A stretch of 64,000 nt of DNA from Armatimonadota bacterium. Lineage in GTDB: Bacteria > Armatimonadota > UBA10988. The position numbers and the translations under genes are program-made. Numbering within the stretch: the first letter of the stretch is position 1; every line of letters begins with the position of its first letter. Below are positions 36,323-45,991 of this stretch, piece after piece. The notes beneath the pieces were generated by a model. That model was not told where the DNA came from. It searched no databases and saw only the letters and a program-made list of their open reading frames with translations. The stretch lies in the NCBI GenBank assembly GCA_016235455.1, contig JACRKZ010000032.1, forward strand, positions 1-64,000, read 5' to 3'.

Positions 36323-39249
36323 TGGTGACACACAACAGCAACTCGGCGCCTCGCTTCATCGAGGCCGGCCAAGCCCTCCTCAAACTCGACCCAGAGGCCC
36401 CCCTGCACGAGCAGGGCAAACGCGTCTACGCACAGGCCATGGAGTCGGCGTGCGATCTGCCTGTGCAACTGGCCCTGGTCTGGGCGCCGCCGCTCGGTCT
36501 GGACGAACACCGGCACGCCGAACTGCTGGCGGGCATGCGTGAGGCGGCCATGGGTGAAGTCGCGGAGGACGAGGACCAAGTGCCGCCCATGCTCGGCTGC
36601 ACGGCGCCGTGGGTGCTGGGCGGAGCCGCACCGATCGCCCATCAGGACAGTGTCGTGGTCACCGTGCTGCGGGCTCGTACGGAGTACTTCTCGGTGCTGC
36701 TCGGTGTCGGCGAGGATGCCGTCCAGTCGCCCGAGGCAGCAGCGCTGCTGGCCTGTGCGCGGGCCGACATCAGCGCCGCGTCGATGGCGCGATGCGACGG
36801 CCTGGTGCTGTCCATCCTACCGGGCCTGCGGCACGGCGCGGACGGTGACACCGACCGGCTGCGACCCACGGACAACAGCGACGCGCGCCTCGTCAAGCAG
36901 ATCCTGGCCGTGCTGGGCTCGTCGGGTGCCAGCACCTTCAGCGTCTTCGGCGGCAGCAGCGCGGACCGCTCAGGCGGTCGCGTGAGCTGGCAGTACGCCA
37001 TGTTCCGGCCCTTCCGGGACAGCGTCGTGGTGGCCAAGGTGATGACCCGGCTCAACTTCGGCATGGGCATCAGCCACGGGTTCAGCCTGGAGCCCAATCC
37101 CATCCGCGTCACAGGCGCGGAGCCGGATGAGACCCGCATCATCGCCGAGCTTGACGGCCAGCCCGCCGGCCAGCGCGTGCGCATGTCGCCCCAGCAGCCT
37201 GTCATCCTCGGGCTGATGGACGCACAGCTGGTGTACGGCCCACAGAAGCTGTATATCAACGGGGAGAACGACGAGCAGGCCATCGTCAACTGGCCGGTGG
37301 CCTCCAGCGGCATCGCCCACGAGATGAGCCTGACCCGGGCCGGCGCACTGCGAGCGGTCGATGAGGCCAGTCGACAGGTCGCCATCCGTGGCATGTTGGC
37401 CCGACCCAAGTTCGCACTGGCTATCGCCTGCGCGGGCCGCGCGTCCGTGGTCGACGACCCGGGCCTGCCCAGGCTGGAGTCGGAGCGACTGCGCCGACTG
37501 TGGGGCGACCAGGTCACCGTGACCGGATTCTATGCGCGCGGCGAGCTGTGCCGCACGGCGGGCCACGCTGACTACGCCGAGAACTACGCCTATGCGCTGC
37601 TGGTGATCGATGACGAGCTGTACCCGACCGTTCGCATGCGCCAGCGCCTGTCGTTCATCGACGACATGCGGCTGCGCCTGGCGGCCGCGGTCTCCGAGGC
37701 CCGCCAGGCCACCAGCCCCGAGGAGGTGGTGATCCGTGCGCTGCGCGCCCTGGAGCCGCCGCACGCTTCGCCCGGCGGCTGGCCGGCGCTGGGCGGCATG
37801 GTCAGCATGCTGCAACCCATGACCGGCGCGCAGCAGCACATCGTGGGCTACAAGGCCACCAGCCGCTGGGACGCCATCCGCCAGGCCACGAACGTATCGC
37901 GCACCGGTGATGACCAGGACATCCTCTCGCTCGTGCTCAACAGCGACGAGCCGCAGTTCATCCCCAACTCGCTCACCGACCCACGAGTCAGTCGCTTCCG
38001 CATGAACCTGGCCAAGCCGGGCCCCTCTGATACCGGCCCGGGTGTTCAGGGACAGGTGGTGATGCGGCTGGTCCATCCGCGCACGCACATGCCGATCGGC
38101 ACGCTGCAGGTAGAACTGCCGCTGGGCTACGCGCCAATGCCGATCGAGATCCGCATCGTGGCCGACTACGCGCGGCAGATCTCCGCCGCGTTCTGTGAGG
38201 CCGTGGAGCAACGCGAACGCATCAACCGCCTGACCCGGCTCGCGGCCCTGGTGCTCAAGACGGATCTGTCGGACGCCCTGAGCACGCTGGCCAAGGTGGC
38301 ACGCGAAGCGCTCTCGGGTGACTGGTGTTGCCTCGGCGTCACTGGCCTGCCCTGCACGGCGACCGCCGACACCCCGCCCAAGGCCATCGAGTTGATCGCC
38401 AACTGCGATCCGGTGGCCGCCGAGCAGTGGGCCGACGACAACGGCCATCGCTACGCGTCATCGCGCTGCCCGGCATGGCCCTCGCCGGCGCTGGTCCAGA
38501 TCATGGTCGGCCCGGCCCTCGCTGAGCAGCCGTTCGGCGTAGCGGCGATGCGCTACCTGCTGGCCCAACTGGTGAGCGTGGTCAGCATCGGCCTGGCGCG
38601 CGAGAGTACACGGCGCGTGCCGTCACTGGCGGAAGAGGAGTACCGCGTGGTCAAGCGTGTCCACGACCTGCTCGACCACCACGCCAGTGCGCTCCTCGAT
38701 CTGGCCGACACCGAAGGGCACACCGAGGCAATCGTGCGCAGTCGCTGCCGCAACCTCTACGGTGACCTGACCGAACTGCGCGATCTGGTGCGGAACCTGG
38801 TGGCACCGCTGGGCTACGCCCGACGCGACACGCGGCGCCAGGTGCGCACCGTCGACCTCTGCGAGTTGGCCGGCGCCGCCGCTGCGGACTGGCGTCGCCG
38901 CACCGGGCGGCGAGCCGAACTGGCCATGCCACGCTCATTGCCGGTGTTGGTCACCGAGGTACCGCTGAAGCAGGCGCTGCTGTGGCTGCTGCGCATCTTC
39001 GAGGCGCTGCCGGGCACCTCGGTGCGCATCGCCGTAGCCGCCGAACCGCCAGCGGGCGTCGTAACTATCACGCTGTCACCCGACCCGGGCGATGCCCCTG
39101 CCGCAGCCGGCGCGGCCGGCGACGACAACTCAACCAAGCGGGCGCTGTACGTCTACCAGGCTGGGCGAGCCGCCTTGGGCTTTGGGGGCTCGCTGGAGCG
39201 ACCCGACCACCACTGCTACATCTTGCGCATACCGTACGACCCCGGCTAA
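36322..39249 (+). CDS. FIST-domain signal protein with GAF and degenerate histidine-kinase-like C-terminus
   Basis: FGGSSAD, SHGF, IAELDGQPA, ACAGR, GFYARGE (FIST N/C); GAF-like DPR...IGTLQVE; HDL and VDLCEL but no N or G boxes. Confidence 0.7.
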   Translation: MVTHNSNSAPRFIEAGQALLKLDPEAPLHEQGKRVYAQAMESACDLPVQLALVWAPPLGLDEHRHAELLAGMREAAMGEVAEDEDQVPPMLGCTAPWVLGGAAPIAHQDSVVVTVLRARTEYFSVLLGVGEDAVQSPEAAALLACARADISAASMARCDGLVLSILPGLRHGADGDTDRLRPTDNSDARLVKQILAVLGSSGASTFSVFGGSSADRSGGRVSWQYAMFRPFRDSVVVAKVMTRLNFGMGISHGFSLEPNPIRVTGAEPDETRIIAELDGQPAGQRVRMSPQQPVILGLMDAQLVYGPQKLYINGENDEQAIVNWPVASSGIAHEMSLTRAGALRAVDEASRQVAIRGMLARPKFALAIACAGRASVVDDPGLPRLESERLRRLWGDQVTVTGFYARGELCRTAGHADYAENYAYALLVIDDELYPTVRMRQRLSFIDDMRLRLAAAVSEARQATSPEEVVIRALRALEPPHASPGGWPALGGMVSMLQPMTGAQQHIVGYKATSRWDAIRQATNVSRTGDDQDILSLVLNSDEPQFIPNSLTDPRVSRFRMNLAKPGPSDTGPGVQGQVVMRLVHPRTHMPIGTLQVELPLGYAPMPIEIRIVADYARQISAAFCEAVEQRERINRLTRLAALVLKTDLSDALSTLAKVAREALSGDWCCLGVTGLPCTATADTPPKAIELIANCDPVAAEQWADDNGHRYASSRCPAWPSPALVQIMVGPALAEQPFGVAAMRYLLAQLVSVVSIGLARESTRRVPSLAEEEYRVVKRVHDLLDHHASALLDLADTEGHTEAIVRSRCRNLYGDLTELRDLVRNLVAPLGYARRDTRRQVRTVDLCELAGAAAADWRRRTGRRAELAMPRSLPVLVTEVPLKQALLWLLRIFEALPGTSVRIAVAAEPPAGVVTITLSPDPGDAPAAAGAAGDDNSTKRALYVYQAGRAALGFGGSLERPDHHCYILRIPYDPG

Positions 39250-39266
39250 CCGACCAGCCTGGCGCT

Positions 39267-40835
39267 TCAGCGCCCCACTTCCGCCACCAGCACATAGCCG
39301 TCCGCCGCACCGGCCAACTCGGCCTGCCGCGGCGCGATCAGCGGAGGACGCGTGGCCGCTGGATCGACCGGCGCCACGCCGGTGCCCACGATTGCCACGC
39401 GCGTCTCGCGCCGAGCCATGGCCAGCGGGCCGTCCACGCCAGGCAGCAGCGACCCGAACAGCAGGTCGCCCAGCGTCTCGGAGTAGATGGCGAAGTACGG
39501 GCCGCCACCGCCCTCTGGGCCGGTCCTGACCCAAGCATCGGGCGACTCGACGAAGGCGAACGCGGCACTGCCCACCACCGCCACGCGCCGGCCGCCGAGC
39601 AGGCAGGCGCCGTCGATGCGGCTGCTGTTGGGCTTGTCCTGGGACGGCTGGAACGAGGCCACATGGGTGGCGGCGTAGACTTCGGCCTTGGCGGTATCGA
39701 CTGCCAACAGCCAGCCATAGCTGCCCGCGCCCGCGCCGGCCAGGGAGTCGACAAAGCCCTGCCTGACTGGCGCCGGCTGGTCGAGGTTGGTCGGCTGGCG
39801 CCCGAAGACGCTGTTACCGCCGTCGCTCTGCCCCCAGGCCAGCACCTTGCCCTCGGCCAGCGGCGTCAGGCCGCGGACGCTGCTGTCGGCGACCAGCCGG
39901 TAGGCGTCGGGACCCACCTGCCGGCCGTCCCAGCGCCAGTACTGCCACTGTGCCCGGCCGACACGGTCGTAGGCCGTCAGAAGGGGCCGCTGCCAGGGCT
40001 CGCGACCGGTGAAGGCCGGCTCGTCGCCGCCGGTGTAGATGCGGCCCTGCCGCGGGTCTGCCGCCAGGAGCATGCCGCCCTTGGTCGGCCCGAGTTCGCG
40101 CGCCGCACCCGACCCGGCGTTGAGCGAATAGAGCCGGCCGTAGGCCTGAGCCACCAACTCCCTCTCACCGAGAATGCGGAACCGCGCGCCGACTCGCCCG
40201 CCAACCGGCCGCTCGACATCGGCGGCCTGCCGCTCGCCGCGCTCGAACACAGCGATCCAGTCGACCGCGGTCAAATCGGCGCGGCAGCGCATGACGAACA
40301 GGGCACTGCCGCCAGCAGCCATGGGCGAGGGCGGTCCCAGCTTGGCACCAGGCTGAGGGCGCGCCCAGTTGACGAAGGGATCGCGGCCCAGGCCACCCAG
40401 GTACAGTGCCCCATCGGCGCCGACCGCGGCTGAGGTGAAGACACCCATGCCCCAGCCCAGCCGTACCATGGCCTCAACCTTGGCCAGGTCCGGGCTCAGC
40501 CGCCACACGCAGCCGGCGCGGTTGGGGTTGGCGTGGTCGAGCAGGTGTCTGCCCGGGTCCGACCAGACCGGCGCGTCGCGGTAGTTGTCCGGCCCCCAGA
40601 CACGCGCGCCGGGCAGGCGCGGTCCCCAAGCGTTGCCGACGGCCAGCAGCGCGCCGCTGGGCTGGTAGCAGGCGGCCACCAGCTCTTCGGCGCCCGGGCC
40701 GCCCAGCCAGGTCGAGGCGATGATCTTGATCGCGCCGTCGGAGCCCTTGGCGCGAGCCGAGAGCTGGTGGTAGCGCGTCTCCTGGGCACCCAGGCAGGCG
40801 CCCATCAACAGCACCACCACCAGCACTCGTCGCAT
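39267..40835 (-). CDS. Secreted beta-propeller (SBBP-like) protein
   Basis: Signal peptide; ASTWLGGPGAE, VGADGALYLGG, terminal ADGYVL. Confidence 0.6.
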   Translation of the reverse strand: MRRVLVVVLLMGACLGAQETRYHQLSARAKGSDGAIKIIASTWLGGPGAEELVAACYQPSGALLAVGNAWGPRLPGARVWGPDNYRDAPVWSDPGRHLLDHANPNRAGCVWRLSPDLAKVEAMVRLGWGMGVFTSAAVGADGALYLGGLGRDPFVNWARPQPGAKLGPPSPMAAGGSALFVMRCRADLTAVDWIAVFERGERQAADVERPVGGRVGARFRILGERELVAQAYGRLYSLNAGSGAARELGPTKGGMLLAADPRQGRIYTGGDEPAFTGREPWQRPLLTAYDRVGRAQWQYWRWDGRQVGPDAYRLVADSSVRGLTPLAEGKVLAWGQSDGGNSVFGRQPTNLDQPAPVRQGFVDSLAGAGAGSYGWLLAVDTAKAEVYAATHVASFQPSQDKPNSSRIDGACLLGGRRVAVVGSAAFAFVESPDAWVRTGPEGGGGPYFAIYSETLGDLLFGSLLPGVDGPLAMARRETRVAIVGTGVAPVDPAATRPPLIAPRQAELAGAADGYVLVAEVGR

Positions 40836-40842
40836 GGTCAGC

Positions 40843-42231
40843 TCACTTGTAGCCGGGCAGGAACTCGGCCTCGGCGTCGAACAGCTCGAGCGTCATGCGC
40901 TGCGCCTCGTCGGGCGTGCACACGGCGGCCACGAGCGGATCGAGCATCATGGCGTAGATGGCGGCCTGCTTGCTGCGCTCCACGGCCGCTTTGGCCGCCA
41001 GATCGAACATGGACATGTTCGACCGGCAGATGGCCGCCATCTGCTCGGGCAGGCGCCCGAACCGCGTCGGCTGAACGCCGTTCTGATTGATAACGCAGGC
41101 CACTTCCACGCAACCTTCGTGGTCCAGGTTCTCGATGAGCCCGCCGCGGTTGGCCACGTTGCCGTAGATGACCACCGGCTGGTTCTTCTCGCGACCTTCA
41201 ATGATCCACGAGGCGTACTCCCACGAGCGCTTGAGCTCCATCGTCTCCTCGCCCGCGGCGACCTTGATGCGGCGCTCGTCACAGGCCTTGCGCCAGCCCG
41301 GCCAGCAGTCGGCGTAGAAGCTGCTGCCGCCGAGATAGCCGTCGCGGCAGTAGCGCTTGAGCACTTCGGGCCGCTTGCGGTAGTACGGCAGATACTCCGA
41401 CAGATGGCCACTGGACTCGGTGATGAAGGCGCCGAAATGCAGCATCATGTCGCAGCGGACGGGGTCAGCCTCCCAGAACGGGCCGCCTTCCTCGCGCGCC
41501 TTCTCCATCAGCACCGGGTACAGGTCGGCGCCGTTGTGCTCCAGCTTGGTGAACCAGGCCAGATGGTTGACGCCGGCGCATTCCCAGACCATCTCCTCGG
41601 ACGGCACGCCGGCCCAGTGGGCCAGATGGTGGCTGGTGCCCTGCACCGAGTGGCACAGGCCGACCACCTGCATTCGGCTCACGCGCTGCGCGGCCAGACA
41701 CATCATGCTCATGGGGTTGGTGTAGTTGAGGACGATGGCGCGAGGGCATAGCTCCTCGGCGTCGCGCAGCATATCCAGGAACACGGGGATGGTGCGCAGA
41801 CCCTTGAACAGCCCGCCGGGCCCGATGGTATCGCCGATGCACTGGTCGACGCCGTACTTGGCGGGGATGTCGTTGTCGTGACGCACGCAGCCGAGCCCGC
41901 TGACCTCGATGCAGTTGACGATGTAGTGGCTGCCCGGCAGCGCCTCGCGGCGGTCGGTGGTGGCCTTCACGGTCCACACATCCGACTTGCCAACGCCGTC
42001 AAGCACCCAGTTGACCAGCTTCTCGGCGATGGCCAGCCGCTCAGGATCGATATCAACCAGCCAGATCTCACCGCCCTGGCTGCCGGGGATGAGGGCCACG
42101 TCCTTCATCAGATGCTCGGTGAAGCCGCTGCCGGCACCCATCATGGTGATGCGCAGCGGGCGCTTCATGGCGCCCTTCAGGCCGATCTCTTCCACGTTCT
42201 TCGTGTCGTCGCGTACGCTCTCGCGTGCCAT
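40843..42231 (-). CDS. melA: GH4 alpha-galactosidase
   Basis: GAGS NAD-binding, DTIGPGG, NYTNPM, GLCHSV, GVNHLAW, ESSGHLSEY. Confidence 0.88.
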   Translation of the reverse strand: MARESVRDDTKNVEEIGLKGAMKRPLRITMMGAGSGFTEHLMKDVALIPGSQGGEIWLVDIDPERLAIAEKLVNWVLDGVGKSDVWTVKATTDRREALPGSHYIVNCIEVSGLGCVRHDNDIPAKYGVDQCIGDTIGPGGLFKGLRTIPVFLDMLRDAEELCPRAIVLNYTNPMSMMCLAAQRVSRMQVVGLCHSVQGTSHHLAHWAGVPSEEMVWECAGVNHLAWFTKLEHNGADLYPVLMEKAREEGGPFWEADPVRCDMMLHFGAFITESSGHLSEYLPYYRKRPEVLKRYCRDGYLGGSSFYADCWPGWRKACDERRIKVAAGEETMELKRSWEYASWIIEGREKNQPVVIYGNVANRGGLIENLDHEGCVEVACVINQNGVQPTRFGRLPEQMAAICRSNMSMFDLAAKAAVERSKQAAIYAMMLDPLVAAVCTPDEAQRMTLELFDAEAEFLPGYK

Positions 42232-42426
42232 GGGAACTCCTTATCGCTGACCTGGCGCTGTATCTGGTCTCGCCGGCCAACCCGCGCACGGGCCACGGCC
42301 CATTCGCCTTCGCCGGGCCACCTCCTACGGTGCCTTGTCCAATCTACCGCCATACACGCCGACCACCCGCCGACGCTTGCCTGTAACCACTTCTTGAGTC
42401 ATCCTCTAGGGATACAGGAGAATCCG

Positions 42427-43575
42427 ATGGTCGACTGGAACGCCTACCGCGCCGACTGGCCGTATCTGGCCGAGGGCAGCCTGTGGCTGCAGCATGCCGG
42501 CATCACGCCGCTGAACCTGCGTGTCATGCGCTCGGCCACGCGCTACATGGAGGAGTTCGCCAAGTCGCCCGGCCCGACCTATCGCCGCCTGTGGCATGCC
42601 GCCACCGATGGCGCGAGAGACAAGGTGGCCGCGTTCCTGGGCACGACCAGCGACCGCCTGGCACTGGTCAAGAACACCAGCCAGGGCATCATCCTGGTGG
42701 CCGAGGGGCTCAGCCTGCCCGCTGGCGCCAATGTCGTCACGTTGACCGGCGAATTCCCGTCCAATCGGCTGCCCTGGCGCAACCTGGAGCGCCGCGGAGT
42801 CGAGGTCCGCACGGTGCCGGCTGATGCGCACGGGCACTGTGACACCGACGCGGTGGCCGCGGCCATGGACGCGGGCACCGCCGTGCTGGCGGTGAGTTGG
42901 GTGCAGTACATCGACGGCTACCGCCAGGATCTGGCCTCGTTGGCCGAGCTGTGCCAGCGCTGGGGCGCGTTCCTGGTGGTCGACGCAATCCAGGGCGCGG
43001 GCGCCTTGCCGCTGTTCCTCGACGGTCTCGACGCGGTCATCGCCGGCGGGCACAAGTGGCTGTGCGGCACCGAGGGCGCCGGGTTCCTGTACCTGTCGCC
43101 ACGCCTGCTGGACGCGCTGACGCCGTGCAACGTGAGCTGGGGCTCCGTGGGTGACTGGATCTTCCGCGCCGGCGAGGAGTTGCTGGCGGAGGAGTCCCTG
43201 CCGCCGCTCAAGCCCACGGCCGAGCGCTTCGAAGAGGGCACGCCGAACGTCTGGGGCCAGATCATGCTGGGCGAGGCCGTGGACATGCTGTCCGAGATCG
43301 GCCTGCCGACCATCTGGCAGCGCATTGTCGCCGTGCAGGACCATTTCATTGAGGCTGCGCGCGCCAAGGGCTATCGGATCGACTCCAGCCTGCTCCCCAG
43401 CCAGAGATCGGGTATCATGGCCTTGGCGCACGAGCGGCACACGCCCGCGGAAATCGTGCGCGCGCTGGCCACCGACAACATCACCGCCATCCAGCGTGGC
43501 CAGGCGGTGCGCATCGCGGCCCACTTCTACATCAATGAGAGCGACATGGATCGCGTGGTGGCGGCCCTGCCTTAG
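42427..43575 (+). CDS. Class V PLP-dependent aminotransferase/lyase (no desulfurase Cys)
   Basis: AGGAG RBS; KNTSQG, EFPSN, VDAIQ, GGHKWL, RFEEGT; lacks the RxGxHC catalytic Cys. Confidence 0.85.
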   Translation: MVDWNAYRADWPYLAEGSLWLQHAGITPLNLRVMRSATRYMEEFAKSPGPTYRRLWHAATDGARDKVAAFLGTTSDRLALVKNTSQGIILVAEGLSLPAGANVVTLTGEFPSNRLPWRNLERRGVEVRTVPADAHGHCDTDAVAAAMDAGTAVLAVSWVQYIDGYRQDLASLAELCQRWGAFLVVDAIQGAGALPLFLDGLDAVIAGGHKWLCGTEGAGFLYLSPRLLDALTPCNVSWGSVGDWIFRAGEELLAEESLPPLKPTAERFEEGTPNVWGQIMLGEAVDMLSEIGLPTIWQRIVAVQDHFIEAARAKGYRIDSSLLPSQRSGIMALAHERHTPAEIVRALATDNITAIQRGQAVRIAAHFYINESDMDRVVAALP

Positions 43576-43606
43576 CAGATGCCGCCCGTCTGTCGATACC
43601 GTGTGT

Positions 43607-44899
43607 ATGACGAAAGAGACTATGACCCAAGACCAATCGCTGGACCAGATGACTCCCTCGCCGGACGATCGCGAGCGGGCCATTCTGGTCGGACTCGACC
43701 GGCCCGGCCTGCATGGCGGGCTGCTCGAACGCTTGGAGGAGCTGTCGCTGCTGGCCGAGACGGCCAACTGCGACACCGTGGCCTCGGTCACCCAGGCGCG
43801 CGCCAAACCCGACCCCAAGACCTACATCGGCAAGGGCAAGGTCGAGGAACTGGTCGCCGCGGTCGAGGAGTACGAGGCCGATGTGATCATCGTCGACTCC
43901 GAGCTGCCGCCCTCGCAGTCGCGCAACCTGGCCGAGGCCGTGCAGCGCAAGGTGGTCGACCGCACGCAACTCATCTTGGACATCTTCGCCCGCCGCGCCA
44001 GCACCCGCCTGGCGCGCGACCAGGTGGAGTTGGCGCTGCTGCAGTACTCGCTGCCGCGCCTCAAGCGCCTGTGGACCCACCTCAGCCGCATCGAGGGTGG
44101 CGTGGGCATGCGCGGTCCCGGCGAGCGCCAGATCGAAACGGACCGGCGCCTCGCCCGCGAGCGCATCCATCGGCTCCAGCAGCGGCTGATCGAGTCCGAG
44201 AAGCAGAAGTCGGTAGCCAGCGCCGGTCGGCAACGACACTTCACCGCCTCGCTGGTCGGCTACACCAACGTCGGCAAATCCACGCTGATGAACGCCCTGA
44301 CCGACGCCGGCGTGTTCGTCGAGGACCGCCTGTTCGCCACGCTCGACGCCACCACGCGCCGACTGGTGCTCGATGGCGAAGAGATCCTGCTGTCCGACAC
44401 CGTCGGCTTCATCCGCGACCTGCCGCACGCGCTGGTGGCCAGCTTCCATGCGACGCTGTCCGAGGTGCGCGAGGCCGACCTGCTGCTGCACGTGGTCGAC
44501 ATCGCCAGCCCCGAGCTCGAAGAGCAGATCGAGTCGGTGCGCACGGTGCTCGAGGAGATCGGCGCCCAGGATCAGGCCACGCTGACCGTCTTCAACAAGG
44601 TGGACGCGCTGGAGGACGGACTCAGCGCCGAGGGCATCGCCAACCGCTTCGGTGGCGGCGTGCTCATCTCGGCGATCACCGGCCAGGGCCTCGACGAGCT
44701 GCGCCAGACCATGCTCGACCGCTCACGGGCGCTGCATCGCCCGGTGGAACTGCTGATCCCCTACTCGGACGGCAAGTCGGCGTCGTTGGTCGAGCAGCAC
44801 GGGCAGGTGCTCGAGCGCGAGTATCTGGACACCGGCACGCGGATGCGCGTGCTGCTGGCACCCGCGGATCTGTCGCGCCTCGAGAACTACGTGCTCTGA
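43607..44899 (+). CDS. hflX: GTPase HflX
   Basis: YIGKGK, DRTQLILDIFARRA, RGPGE, GYTNVGKS, LFATLD, DTVGF, NKVD. Confidence 0.97.
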   Translation: MTKETMTQDQSLDQMTPSPDDRERAILVGLDRPGLHGGLLERLEELSLLAETANCDTVASVTQARAKPDPKTYIGKGKVEELVAAVEEYEADVIIVDSELPPSQSRNLAEAVQRKVVDRTQLILDIFARRASTRLARDQVELALLQYSLPRLKRLWTHLSRIEGGVGMRGPGERQIETDRRLARERIHRLQQRLIESEKQKSVASAGRQRHFTASLVGYTNVGKSTLMNALTDAGVFVEDRLFATLDATTRRLVLDGEEILLSDTVGFIRDLPHALVASFHATLSEVREADLLLHVVDIASPELEEQIESVRTVLEEIGAQDQATLTVFNKVDALEDGLSAEGIANRFGGGVLISAITGQGLDELRQTMLDRSRALHRPVELLIPYSDGKSASLVEQHGQVLEREYLDTGTRMRVLLAPADLSRLENYVL

Positions 44900-45177
44900 T
44901 TGGGCAGGCCAACCCAGCGCCGTATCCGTCGGCGGAGCGTCTTGCGCCAGCCGCGGATGGTGCCGATGACCACAGGGCCAGCGCAGAACCAGATCAGGAT
45001 GCCATCGAGCAACTGGCGCGGCTTGATGCGGCGGATCTCGCCTTCCGATGCCCATAGCAGGCTGAGGCCGAGCAGGATGCCGATGGCCAGCGAACCGATG
45101 AGCGCGGGCACGTAACACCAGACCCGGTCCATCCGGCACTGGCGTGGGCTGCGGTCGGCGGGCTCGGCCATGGTCAT
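44887..45177 (-). CDS. Small membrane hypothetical protein
   Basis: 96 aa, two hydrophobic segments, directly downstream of the HAD gene. Confidence 0.5.
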   Translation of the reverse strand: MTMAEPADRSPRQCRMDRVWCYVPALIGSLAIGILLGLSLLWASEGEIRRIKPRQLLDGILIWFCAGPVVIGTIRGWRKTLRRRIRRWVGLPNQST

Positions 45178-45181
45178 CGCC

Positions 45182-45991
45182 TCACTTGAACCAGCCGCGC
45201 GTGCGCGCGTTGGTCAGCAACTCCCAGACACCCTCGCCAGCCTCGGACTCGGCGACCACGCCGCCGGTGGCGCGCACGGCGGCTTTGATCTCCTCGTCGC
45301 CATTGCTCACCGTGGCGCTCCGCAGGCCGTGCCGGCCGTCGAGCATGGTGATGTCGTTGGCGCTATCACCGATGGCCAGCGCCTGGTCGGGTCGGAAGCC
45401 GCGCGATGCCGCGGCGTGGGCCATGCTGCCGCCCTTGGTGGCGGTGCCAAGGATGATGTGCGCCAGCGTGCGGTTGCGGCTGGTCGTGGCCAGTGGCAGA
45501 TCAGCCGACCACTCGGCCAGTAGCAGACGGGCCTGCTCCGCTCGCTCGGCGTCGGGCAGGTGGATCTCCAGGCCGTAATCGCCCCACAGGTACCAACGCA
45601 CCGGCGTCAGGCCAGCGCTCTCCAGCCGCAGCCGCCAGGCATGTTGCCGCTCGGCCAACTGGCGGGTCAGTTCGGCCATTTCGTCGTAGCGCGCGCGGTT
45701 CCACTCCTCGTCGGGCTCCATGGCATCGTCGCCGATCCAGTAGATGAATGTCTCGCGCGCCACGATGTACGACGGGAACGGGTCGCCCCAGGCCAGGCCC
45801 TGGGGGATGAGCAGGTCGCGCATGTCCCACCATGGCCGGCCGGAGACGATACCGACCTCGACCTCGTGCTCCCGCAGCCAGCAGAGGATGTTCTGCGTAT
45901 GCTCGGGCACGCCGCTCTGGCCGTCGCGGTGGCTGTACAGCGTCCAGTCGAAGTCCATGCCGACCATGCGGATATCGGGCCGCTCGGTCAT
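45182..45991 (-). CDS. Cof-type HAD hydrolase
   Basis: DFDWTL motif I, SGR motif II, KG, IGDSANDITML motif IV. Confidence 0.88.
   Translation of the reverse strand: MTERPDIRMVGMDFDWTLYSHRDGQSGVPEHTQNILCWLREHEVEVGIVSGRPWWDMRDLLIPQGLAWGDPFPSYIVARETFIYWIGDDAMEPDEEWNRARYDEMAELTRQLAERQHAWRLRLESAGLTPVRWYLWGDYGLEIHLPDAERAEQARLLLAEWSADLPLATTSRNRTLAHIILGTATKGGSMAHAAASRGFRPDQALAIGDSANDITMLDGRHGLRSATVSNGDEEIKAAVRATGGVVAESEAGEGVWELLTNARTRGWFK

Noticed and set aside
42241-42335. CACC-TCCTAC-GGTG resembling an HDV-ribozyme P3/L3, and a 20-codon uORF ending in the melA RBS
   Set aside because: No P1/P2 partners for an HDV fold; the uORF's SD is poorly spaced and the peptide is featureless
42427-43575. Cysteine desulfurase (SufS/IscS) call
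   Set aside because: The catalytic Cys loop is absent and no suf/isc genes are adjacent
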